DNA of 64,000 bases. Source: Escherichia coli (GTDB taxonomy: Bacteria > Pseudomonadota > Gammaproteobacteria > Enterobacterales > Enterobacteriaceae). This document shows, piece by piece, positions 23,947 through 32,390 of the stretch; within the stretch, counting starts at the first letter, position 1; each line of letters begins with the position of its first letter. Under the pieces are notes generated by a model. It was not told where the DNA came from. It did not search any database and worked only from the letters and a program-made list of their open reading frames with translations. Location of the stretch: the NCBI RefSeq assembly GCF_024223415.1, contig NZ_CP100500.1. One strand, written 5' to 3'. The translations under genes were made by a program, and so were the position numbers.

Positions 23947-25886
23947 TGCCGGAAATTGGAAACGGGCTGCTGTGCCTGGCGTTAGGGATTGCGCTGCTGC
24001 TGTCCGTGTATCCGCTATGGGGCGTGGCGCGCGGAGATGCGCGCATGATGGCGTCTTCCCGCTTGTTTGCCTGGCTGCTGTTTATGTCTGTGGCTGGCGC
24101 ATTTCTGGTGCTGGTCAATGCTTTCGTGGTCAACAACTTTACCGTCACCTATGTTGCCAGCAACTCCAATACCCAGCTTCCGGTGTGGTATCGCGTGGCG
24201 GCTACCTGGGGCGCGCATGAAGGTTCGCTTCTGCTGTGGGTGCTGCTGATGAGCGGCTGGACCTTTGCGGTGGCGATTTTTAGTCAGCGTATTCCGCTGG
24301 ATATTGTGGCCCGTGTACTGGCGATAATGGGGATGGTCAGCGTCGGCTTTTTGCTGTTCATTCTCTTTACCTCTAACCCGTTCTCACGCACGCTGCCGAA
24401 CTTCCCGATTGAAGGGCGCGATCTTAACCCGCTGTTACAGGATCCGGGGCTGATCTTCCATCCGCCTCTGCTCTATATGGGGTACGTGGGTTTCTCGGTG
24501 GCGTTTGCTTTTGCCATTGCTTCTTTGTTGAGCGGGCGTCTGGACAGCACTTATGCGCGTTTTACTCGTCCGTGGACACTGGCAGCGTGGATCTTTCTGA
24601 CGCTCGGCATTGTGCTCGGTTCCGCATGGGCCTATTACGAACTCGGCTGGGGCGGCTGGTGGTTCTGGGATCCGGTAGAAAACGCCTCATTTATGCCGTG
24701 GTTGGTGGGGACTGCGCTGATGCACTCACTGGCGGTCACTGAACAACGCGCCAGCTTCAAAGCGTGGACATTACTGCTGGCAATCAGTGCCTTCTCGTTG
24801 TGTCTGTTGGGGACTTTCCTCGTGCGTTCCGGCGTGCTGGTATCGGTACACGCGTTTGCGTCTGATCCGGCGCGCGGTATGTTTATCCTCGCCTTTATGG
24901 TGCTGGTGATTGGCGGTTCGCTGCTGCTGTTTGCCGCGCGTGGACACAAAGTTCGCTCACGCGTAAACAATGCGCTGTGGTCGCGGGAATCTCTGCTGTT
25001 AGCGAACAACGTTTTGCTGGTCGCCGCGATGCTGGTGGTGTTGCTGGGGACGCTGCTGCCGCTGGTGCACAAGCAACTGGGACTAGGCAGTATTTCGATT
25101 GGCGAACCGTTCTTCAACACCATGTTTACCTGGCTGATGGTGCCGTTTGCGCTACTGCTGGGTGTCGGTCCTCTGGTGCGCTGGGGGCGCGATCGCCCAC
25201 GTAAAATCCGCAATTTATTGATTATCGCCTTCATCTCTACGCTGGTGCTGTCTCTGCTGTTGCCGTGGCTGTTCGAAAGCAAAGTTGTGGCGATGACGGT
25301 GCTCGGCCTGGCAATGGCCTGCTGGATTGCGGTGCTGGCAATTGCGGAAGCTGCGCTACGTATTTCACGCGGCACGAAAACCACCTTCAGTTATTGGGGG
25401 ATGGTGGCGGCTCACCTGGGGCTGGCAGTGACAATTGTTGGCATTGCCTTTAGCCAGAATTATAGCGTTGAGCGTGATGTGCGCATGAAGTCCGGCGATA
25501 GCGTCGATATTCATGAATATCGCTTCACCTTCCGTGATGTCAAAGAGGTGACTGGCCCGAACTGGCGTGGCGGTGTGGCGACTATCGGCGTAACGCGAGA
25601 GGGTAAACCGGAAACGGTGCTGTATGCGGAAAAACGTTATTACAACACTGCCGGGTCGATGATGACCGAAGCGGCGATTGACGGCGGCATCACCCGTGAC
25701 CTGTACGCCGCGCTCGGTGAAGAACTGGAAAACGGTGCCTGGGCTGTTCGTCTCTACTACAAACCTTTTGTTCGCTGGATCTGGGCGGGCGGGCTGATGA
25801 TGGCGCTGGGCGGGCTGCTGTGCCTGTTTGATCCTCGCTATCGTAAGCGCGTGAGCCCGCCAAAAACTGCGCCGGAGGCTGTATGA
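23943..25886 (+). CDS. ccmF: Cytochrome c haem lyase subunit CcmF
   Basis: This is a 647-aa polytopic ORF with the WWFWD tryptophan-rich motif. Confidence 0.95.
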
Positions 25887-26440
25887 AGCGCAAAGTATTG
25901 TTAATTCCGTTGATTATCTTCCTGGCGATTGCCGCGGCGCTGCTGTGGCAGCTGGCGCGTAATGCCGAAGGGGATGATCCGACCAATCTGGAATCGGCGC
26001 TCATTGGCAAGCCTGTGCCGAAGTTTCGTCTCGAATCACTGGACAATCCGGGGCAGTTTTATCAGGCGGATGTGCTGACTCAGGGCAAACCTGTGCTGCT
26101 TAACGTCTGGGCGACCTGGTGTCCGACCTGCCGTGCGGAACATCAATATCTGAATCAGCTTTCTGCGCAGGGCATCCGCGTGGTCGGCATGAACTATAAA
26201 GACGATCGCCAGAAGGCAATCAGCTGGCTGAAAGAGCTGGGCAATCCTTACGCGCTAAGCCTGTTTGATGGCGACGGCATGTTAGGGCTGGATCTCGGTG
26301 TCTATGGCGCGCCAGAAACGTTCCTTATTGACGGCAACGGCATCATTCGCTATCGCCATGCGGGCGATCTGAATCCTCGCGTCTGGGAAGAAGAGATCAA
26401 GCCGCTGTGGGAGAAATACAGTAAGGAGGCCGCACAATGA
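25883..26440 (+). CDS. ccmG: Thiol:disulfide interchange protein CcmG (DsbE)
   Basis: This is a 185-aa ORF with the thioredoxin motif WATWCPTC. Confidence 0.95.
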   Translation: MKRKVLLIPLIIFLAIAAALLWQLARNAEGDDPTNLESALIGKPVPKFRLESLDNPGQFYQADVLTQGKPVLLNVWATWCPTCRAEHQYLNQLSAQGIRVVGMNYKDDRQKAISWLKELGNPYALSLFDGDGMLGLDLGVYGAPETFLIDGNGIIRYRHAGDLNPRVWEEEIKPLWEKYSKEAAQ

Positions 26441-27489
26441 GGTTTTTATTGGGCGTGCTGATGCTGATGATCTCCGGCTCAGCGCTGGCGACCATCGACG
26501 TGTTGCAGTTTAAAGATGAAGCACAGGAACAACAGTTCCGTCAGCTCACTGAAGAACTGCGCTGCCCGAAATGTCAGAATAACAGCATTGCCGATTCCAA
26601 CTCGATGATTGCCACCGACCTGCGCCAGAAAGTGTATGAACTGATGCAGGAAGGCAAAAGTAAGAAAGAGATTGTCGATTATATGGTGGCGCGTTACGGC
26701 AACTTCGTCACTTACGATCCGCCGTTAACGCCGCTGACCGTGCTGCTGTGGGTGCTTCCGGTAGTGGCTATTGGTATTGGCGGTTGGGTCATTTACGCCC
26801 GCTCGCGGCGTCGGGTACGCGTGGTACCGGAAGCGTTTCCTGAACAAAGCGTGCCGGAAGGTAAGCGTGCCGGATATGTTGTTTATCTGCCGGGTATTTT
26901 AGTGGCGTTAATTGTAGCTGGCGTCAGCTACTACCAGACTGGCAATTATCAGCAGGTGAAAATCTGGCAGCAGGCCACGGCACAGGCTCCGGCGTTGCTG
27001 GACAGGGCGCTGGATCCGAAAGCCGATCCGCTCAACGAAGAAGAGATGTCGCGCCTTGCGCTGGGGATGCGTACTCAACTGCAAAAAAATCCGGGAGATA
27101 TAGAAGGCTGGATTATGTTGGGCCGCGTTGGCATGGCGCTGGGTAACGCCAGTATCGCCACCGATGCATACGCTACTGCGTATCGCCTCGATCCGAAAAA
27201 CAGCGATGCCGCACTGGGTTATGCTGAAGCGTTGACACGTTCATCTGATCCCAACGACAACCGCCTCGGCGGCGAACTGCTGCGCCAGTTGGTGAGAAGC
27301 GACCACAGCAATATCCGTGTGTTAAGCATGTATGCGTTTAATGCCTTTGAGCAGCAGCGATTTGGCGAAGCCGTTGCCGCGTGGGAGATGATGTTGAAAC
27401 TCTTACCTGCCAACGATACTCGCCGTGCGGTGATTGAACGTAGTATCGCGCAGGCGATGCAACATTTGTCGCCGCAGGAGAGTAAATAA
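26437..27489 (+). CDS. ccmH: Cytochrome c maturation protein CcmH (fused CcmH/CcmI type)
   Basis: This is a 350-aa ORF with the LRCPKCQ motif and a TPR-like C-terminal half. Confidence 0.93.
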   Translation: MRFLLGVLMLMISGSALATIDVLQFKDEAQEQQFRQLTEELRCPKCQNNSIADSNSMIATDLRQKVYELMQEGKSKKEIVDYMVARYGNFVTYDPPLTPLTVLLWVLPVVAIGIGGWVIYARSRRRVRVVPEAFPEQSVPEGKRAGYVVYLPGILVALIVAGVSYYQTGNYQQVKIWQQATAQAPALLDRALDPKADPLNEEEMSRLALGMRTQLQKNPGDIEGWIMLGRVGMALGNASIATDAYATAYRLDPKNSDAALGYAEALTRSSDPNDNRLGGELLRQLVRSDHSNIRVLSMYAFNAFEQQRFGEAVAAWEMMLKLLPANDTRRAVIERSIAQAMQHLSPQESK

Positions 27490-27495
27490 AAAGAG

Positions 27496-27525
27496 GCCCG
27501 ATGGTGATGCCATCGGGCTATTTTT
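27496..27525. terminator. Bidirectional terminator between convergent ccmH and narP
   Basis: GCCCGATGG-tgatg-CCATCGGGC hairpin flanked by an A-run and a T-run. Confidence 0.75.
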
Positions 27526-28171
27526 ATTGTGCCCCGCGTTGTTGCAGGAACAGAATGGTGGCTGCCACGCGTGAGCGGACATTGAGTTTGCGCAGCAGAT
27601 TGCGAATATGTACTTTTACTGTCTGCTCGGAAATATTCAACACCGAGGCAATCTGTTTATTTGACAGCCCCTGTGCCAGCTCGTGCAGAACATCCAGCTC
27701 GCGCTCCGTCAGCACGCTGAAGGGATCTTCTTCCGCGCCAAACATTTCACGTTCATGTAAGTACTGATTGACGCGTTCGCTAAAGACTTTGCTGCCTTTC
27801 GCTCCGGCACGAATCGCTTCCAGCAACACTTCCGGGTCGCTGTCTTTCAACAGATAACCGTCTGCGCCTGCGTCTATCAGCGCAAAGACATCGCTGGAGG
27901 CATCTGATACGGTCAGGATAATAATTTGCGCGGTAACGCCATCCCTGCGCAAGGCATTGAGGGTATCCAGGCCACTCATACCTTTCATATTGAGATCCAG
28001 CAAGATCACGTCGATATCCAGTCTATTCGCCAGATCGATCGCGCTCGCGCCGTCGCCTGCTTCGGCGACCACTTCAAAGCCACGATCAAGCTCCAGTAAC
28101 TGACGAACACCGCGTCGCATAAGTGGATGATCATCCACAATCATCACCTGAAAAGGCGTTGCTTCAGGCAT
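27524..28171 (-). CDS. narP: Nitrate/nitrite response regulator NarP
   Basis: The ORF is 27524..28201. The accepted start MPEATPFQVMIVDDHPLMRRG is at 28171. It has a receiver domain plus a LuxR HTH. Confidence 0.93.
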   Translation of the reverse strand: MPEATPFQVMIVDDHPLMRRGVRQLLELDRGFEVVAEAGDGASAIDLANRLDIDVILLDLNMKGMSGLDTLNALRRDGVTAQIIILTVSDASSDVFALIDAGADGYLLKDSDPEVLLEAIRAGAKGSKVFSERVNQYLHEREMFGAEEDPFSVLTERELDVLHELAQGLSNKQIASVLNISEQTVKVHIRNLLRKLNVRSRVAATILFLQQRGAQ

Positions 28172-28490
28172 AGTAGTCTCCTGAGGTTTTATTAGAATCA
28201 TTATGTTTGAGCGTAGCGTTGGTAACGCTACCAGGCGCGTGAATGTTACCCCATTTTATGTATGGACATGTAGCGAAAACTACAACCTTGTCGTTCGCTT
28301 TGGCATCATTTTCATTATAAAGACGGAATTTTGCATCAGCTTCTCATCAAGAAAAACAACTAAAAAATCAATCACAATACTTGTGCATTTCTTTAAACAG
28401 TTTTTAAAAACTGACTCCGGGTATGGAGCTATGGGTATTTTCTCTACCCAATGCTTTTAACAGCAATTAATTTCATAGGATGAAAGCTCA

Positions 28491-31082
28491 ATGCATCAAT
28501 CTGGTTCTGTTTCTCTTTGTCGTTCCGCAATATCTGTTCTGGTGGCTACAGCGTTATATTCACCCATAGCATTGGCATCAACAGTTGAGTATGGTGAGAC
28601 AGTTGATGGTGTTGTCCTGGAAAAAGATATCCAGCTGGTTTATGGGACCGCCAATAATACGAAAATCAATCCTGGCGGAGAACAGCATATTAAAGAATTT
28701 GGTATAAGTAGTAATACTGAAATTAACGGCGGGTATCAGTACATTGAAATGAATGGCACCGCAGAATACTCAGTATTAAATGATGGTTATCAAATTGTTC
28801 AAATGGGTGGCGCGGCAAACCAGACTACGCTCAATAATGGTGTGCTACAGGTTTATGGCGCGGCGAATGATCCCACGATTAAAGGCGGGCGCTTAATTGT
28901 TGAAAAAGATGGGATTGCCGTCTTTGCCGCTATCGAAAAGGGAGGATTACTGGAGGTTAAAGACGGGGGATTAGCATTTGCGGTAGATCAGAAGGCAGGC
29001 GGTGCTATTAAAGCAACCACGCGGGTCATGGAGGTATTCGGAACAAACCGTCTCGGTCAGTTCGATATCAAGAATGGAATTGCAAACAATATGCTGTTGG
29101 AAAACGGCGGAAGTTTGCGAGTTGAAGAAAATGACTTCGCTTATAATACTACTGTAGATAGTGGCGGCTTACTGGAGGTTATGGATGGCGGGACTGCAAC
29201 TGGCGTTGATAAAAAAGCAGGCGGAAAATTAATTGTCTCAACGAATGCGCTGGAAGTGAGTGGTACAAACAGTAAAGGCCAATTTAGTATAAAAGATGGT
29301 GTGTCAAAAAATTATGAACTGGATGATGGTTCCGGGCTTATTGTTATGGAGGACACGCAGGCCATTGACACTATCCTTGATGAGCATGCCACTATGCAAT
29401 CGCTGGGAAAGGATACTGGGACGAGAGTGCAGGCAAATGCGGTATATGATCTCGGTCGATCAGATCAGAATGGAAGTATCACGTATTCCTCAAAAGCCAT
29501 CTCTGAAAATATGGTTATCAACAATGGCCGCGCTAACGTCTGGGCTGGCACAATGGTTAACGTGTCAGTCAGAGGGAATGATGGCATTCTTGAGGTCATG
29601 AAGCCGCAAATAAATTATGCACCCGCAATGTTGGTGGGTAAGGTAGTGGTTTCTGAGGGCGCTTCTTTTAGAACGCATGGTGCCGTGGATACCAGCAAAG
29701 CGGACGTTTCGCTCGAAAATAGCGTATGGACCATCATTGCCGATATCACTACGACGAACCAAAACACCCTCCTCAACTTAGCCAACCTTGCGATGTCTGA
29801 CGCAAATGTGATTATGATGGATGAGCCAGTGACTCGTTCATCAGTGACGGCAAGTGCGAAAAATTTCATTACGTTGACCACCAATACCCTGTCGGGAAAC
29901 GGCAATTTTTATATGCGTACCGATATGGCTAATCATCAGAGCGATCAGCTCAACGTCACCGGTCAGGCAACAGGTGATTTCAAAATATTCGTGACGGACA
30001 CCGGTGCCAGCCCGGCAGCAGGAGATAGCCTTACACTGGTAACAACGGGCGGCGGTGATGCTGCATTTACGTTGGGCAATGCCGGAGGTGTTGTTGATAT
30101 CGGTACGTATGAATATACCTTGCTGGATAATGGCAACCATAGCTGGAGTCTGGCAGAGAATCGCGCGCAAATTACCCCTTCAACCACTGATGTGCTGAAT
30201 ATGGCGGCCGCACAACCGCTGGTATTTGATGCAGAACTGGACACCGTGCGTGAGCGTCTTGGTAGCGTAAAAGGCGTTAGTTACGATACGGCGATGTGGA
30301 GTTCGGCAATTAACACCCGCAACAACGTGACCACTGATGCGGGAGCTGGTTTTGAGCAAACATTGACGGGCCTGACGCTCGGTATCGATAGCCGTTTCTC
30401 CCGTGAAGAAAGCAGCACAATTCGCGGCTTGTTCTTTGGTTACTCTCATTCTGATATTGGTTTTGATCGCGGCGGCAAAGGCAATGTCGATAGCTATACC
30501 CTGGGTGCTTATGCCGGTTGGGAGCATCAGAACGGTGCCTATGTTGATGGGGTGGTGAAAGTTGACCGTTTTGCCAACACCATCCATGGCAAGATGAGTA
30601 ATGGGGCAACAGCGTTTGGAGATTACAATAGTAACGGCGCGGGTGCTCATGTTGAGAGCGGGTTCCGTTGGGTTGACGGATTGTGGAGTGTTAGACCCTA
30701 TCTGGCCTTTACCGGCTTTACCACAGATGGTCAGGACTACACGTTATCAAACGGCATGCGCGCGGACGTGGGAAATACCCGGATATTACGCGCTGAAGCG
30801 GGAACGGCGGTAAGCTATCACATGGACCTGCAAAACGGTACGACGCTGGAACCCTGGCTGAAAGCCGCCGTGCGTCAGGAATACGCCGATTCTAACCAGG
30901 TGAAAGTTAATGACGATGGCAAATTTAATAATGATGTGGCTGGAACCAGTGGCGTTTATCAGGCTGGGATAAGGTCATCGTTTACCCCGACGTTAAGCGG
31001 TCATTTGTCAGTCAGCTATGGCAATGGCGCAGGGGTAGAATCGCCGTGGAATACCCAGGCGGGTGTGGTCTGGACGTTCTGA
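28491..31082 (+). CDS. yejO: Autotransporter adhesin-like protein YejO (intact, 863 aa)
   Basis: It has a signal peptide, an AIDA-type repeated beta-helix passenger (repeated GG.L.V..GG.A units) and a C-terminal beta-barrel ending VVWTF. Confidence 0.88.
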   Translation: MHQSGSVSLCRSAISVLVATALYSPIALASTVEYGETVDGVVLEKDIQLVYGTANNTKINPGGEQHIKEFGISSNTEINGGYQYIEMNGTAEYSVLNDGYQIVQMGGAANQTTLNNGVLQVYGAANDPTIKGGRLIVEKDGIAVFAAIEKGGLLEVKDGGLAFAVDQKAGGAIKATTRVMEVFGTNRLGQFDIKNGIANNMLLENGGSLRVEENDFAYNTTVDSGGLLEVMDGGTATGVDKKAGGKLIVSTNALEVSGTNSKGQFSIKDGVSKNYELDDGSGLIVMEDTQAIDTILDEHATMQSLGKDTGTRVQANAVYDLGRSDQNGSITYSSKAISENMVINNGRANVWAGTMVNVSVRGNDGILEVMKPQINYAPAMLVGKVVVSEGASFRTHGAVDTSKADVSLENSVWTIIADITTTNQNTLLNLANLAMSDANVIMMDEPVTRSSVTASAKNFITLTTNTLSGNGNFYMRTDMANHQSDQLNVTGQATGDFKIFVTDTGASPAAGDSLTLVTTGGGDAAFTLGNAGGVVDIGTYEYTLLDNGNHSWSLAENRAQITPSTTDVLNMAAAQPLVFDAELDTVRERLGSVKGVSYDTAMWSSAINTRNNVTTDAGAGFEQTLTGLTLGIDSRFSREESSTIRGLFFGYSHSDIGFDRGGKGNVDSYTLGAYAGWEHQNGAYVDGVVKVDRFANTIHGKMSNGATAFGDYNSNGAGAHVESGFRWVDGLWSVRPYLAFTGFTTDGQDYTLSNGMRADVGNTRILRAEAGTAVSYHMDLQNGTTLEPWLKAAVRQEYADSNQVKVNDDGKFNNDVAGTSGVYQAGIRSSFTPTLSGHLSVSYGNGAGVESPWNTQAGVVWTF

Positions 31083-31143
31083 TAACAGACAATAAACAGG
31101 CCGTGATGTGTCGCGGTCTGTTTATCGAATTAAATGCAGATAT

Positions 31144-31175
31144 AAAAAAACCAACCTTTACGGTTGGTTTTTTTT
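31144..31175. terminator. Bidirectional hairpin terminator, likely the ancestral proL terminator displaced by the island
   Basis: An A-run, an ACCAACC-tttac-GGTTGGT hairpin and a T-run lie directly next to the degenerate copy of the tRNA 3' end. Confidence 0.7.
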
Positions 31176-31177
31176 GG

Positions 31178-31206
31178 GATTTTTGGTCCACGAGAGTAGT
31201 TTAATT
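31178..31206. repeat. Distal att repeat, a degenerate copy of the proL 3' end
   Basis: gattttTGGTC-CACGAGAGtagTTTaAtt aligns with gatt-TGGTCGGCACGAGAGgaTTTgAac at 42416-42445. The minus strand reads CTCTCGTG--GACCA, against CTCTCGTGCCGACCA for the tRNA end. Confidence 0.65.
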
Positions 31207-31257
31207 GAGTGTGTAACCACATGATTTTAAATAATATGCTTGATTCAACTTTTAAAT

Positions 31258-31278
31258 CGTATAACCAAACGTATAACT
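31258..31278 (+). repeat. Two direct CGTATAAC(C/T) motifs, candidate integrase arm-type sites at the distal end
   Basis: CGTATAACC at 31258 and CGTATAACT at 31270. The same 9-mer occurs four times next to int at 42236-42285. Confidence 0.55.
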
Positions 31279-31447
31279 AAAATCATTTGCTGAAAAAGTG
31301 TACAATTTAAAGGCGAGTTTTCCCAGAGGTTTATTAAACTACGAAAATTTCGTAGTTTGTGAATATATTCCGGCCTGCTGGTTAACAGTCCTCAGATGTG
31401 AGGGATGTAGCCAGCGCAATTTTGCGCTTTGCTTTAATCTCAGTCAG

Positions 31448-31729
31448 TTATCGCCGTAACCGCTCCGGCTTCTTCCAGTGGTACGTAATTTTTTCTTTCT
31501 CCCGATACAGTTCAACGCGGCGATTGTAGGCCAGCATTTCCAGAACGCGGATCCGTATGTCGCGCATATCCACGCCGTTAAGCTCAATACCGTCACGGCG
31601 CATCACCTCAGCAACCACACGCGCATAATTTTCGGCGGTCACGCTGTCCGGCTGCGTGGCCTGTTCGTCAGCCTGCTGGCTGATTCCGGCAACGCGACGG
31701 ATTAATCGCAGTAGTTCGGCTTCTGTCAT
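31448..31729 (-). CDS. Hypothetical 93-aa protein flanking cos-1
   Basis: The ORF has a plausible composition, is the last gene before the island end, and abuts the cosQ side of cos-1. I do not recognise the family. Confidence 0.55.
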   Translation of the reverse strand: MTEAELLRLIRRVAGISQQADEQATQPDSVTAENYARVVAEVMRRDGIELNGVDMRDIRIRVLEMLAYNRRVELYREKEKITYHWKKPERLRR

Positions 31730-31763
31730 TGTGCCCCCATCGTTCTGATAGTCTGGTGTCGTC

Positions 31764-31989
31764 GGGTCCTTCCTGGAATTATGGCCCGTTACGGGGCGTC
31801 GACCTCGCGGTTTTTCGCTATTTATGAGATTTTTTGAGGGGGTGGTTGTTGTTTAATTGTTTGGTATATCTAATTGATAAGTAAGGTAAAAATAAAATAA
31901 ATACAACAACCTTACGGTGTATTTTGATGTCATTAATGTGAAAAAATTCAATGATATCAAATGGTTTTGTAAAAACATATGGTTGTTGT
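31764..31989 (+). other. cos-1: lambda-type cohesive-end site (cosQ GGGTCCT, cosN, cosB with GGTTGTTGT repeats), reading rightward
   Basis: gggtccttcctggaattatggcccgttacg|GGGCGTCGACCT|cgcggtttttcgctatttatgag aligns with the lambda junction GGGTCCTTTCCGGTGATCCGACAGGTTACG|GGGCGGCGACCT|CGCGGGTTTTCGCTATTTATGAA. The 12-nt end equivalent is at 31794-31805. Confidence 0.8.
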
Positions 31990-32163
31990 ATCGCGTATTT
32001 GATGGCGTAACAGAAAGTGATTTTTAACTTTACCGCTCTGTAACTACGGATTATTCCATGCTGGCACGGAGAACGGCTACGGCATGACGCCACCCAGCCT
32101 ATACAGAACAGTAAAGCCGATAAATTGTTAATCACGCGCAGCAATGCGTGTGATTTTTGCACA

Positions 32164-32359
32164 CTTCCGGTTAACGGGTACGATGTCCGGTTTGTTTGTA
32201 CATTTTTTGCACATGTCCGGTTCGCAGAAAGCATGTTTTTATATTTTTCATATAGTTAACTTGCAGAGAAACCGGACATGGATCCCGAAAAATTTTCATA
32301 AATAGTGAAAACGCGCGAGGTCGACGCCCCGTAACGGGTCCACATGCCGGAAAGGACCC
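32164..32359 (-). other. cos-2: second lambda-type cos site in inverted orientation (cosB with ATGTCCGGTT repeats), reading leftward
   Basis: The minus strand reads gggtcctttccggcatgtggacccgttacg|GGGCGTCGACCT|cgcgcgttttcactatttatgaaaattttc. The 12-nt end equivalent is at 32329-32318. Confidence 0.8.
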
Positions 32360-32361
32360 GC

Positions 32362-32384
32362 AAAAAAAGCCGGATTTCTCCGGC
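32362..32384 (-). terminator. Rho-independent terminator ending the capsid operon
   Basis: The minus strand reads GCCGGA-gaaa-TCCGGC followed by TTTTTTT, 7 nt after the stop of the 137-aa gene. Confidence 0.8.
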
Positions 32385-32390
32385 CTTGTC

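Noticed and set aside
21203-27489. Possibility that the nap-ccm cluster contains anything unusual (extra genes, fusions or frameshifts)
   Set aside because: All fifteen genes are present, full-length and translationally coupled in the canonical order, with the expected haem, Fe-S and thioredoxin motifs. It is an ordinary core operon.
28203-28460. 85-aa ORF in the narP-yejO intergenic region
   Set aside because: It lies in an AT-rich divergent promoter region, has no RBS and has an implausible composition. It is more likely regulatory DNA for yejO and narP.
31818-32234. 138-aa minus-strand ORF in the track
   Set aside because: It lies entirely within the AT-rich cosB regions between the two cosN sites. 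Its composition is junk-like (C/I/K/F-rich), it has no RBS, and it is explained by the repeat-rich non-coding DNA.
31764-32359. A ~600-bp segment bounded by ~75-bp terminal inverted repeats. It could be read as a MITE or as an invertible (phase-variation) DNA switch.
   Set aside because: The inverted repeats are not transposon ends. Each aligns with the lambda cosQ-cosN-left-end sequence and is followed by R-like repeats at lambda spacing. No target-site duplication or invertase gene is present. It is therefore interpreted as two opposed cos sites.
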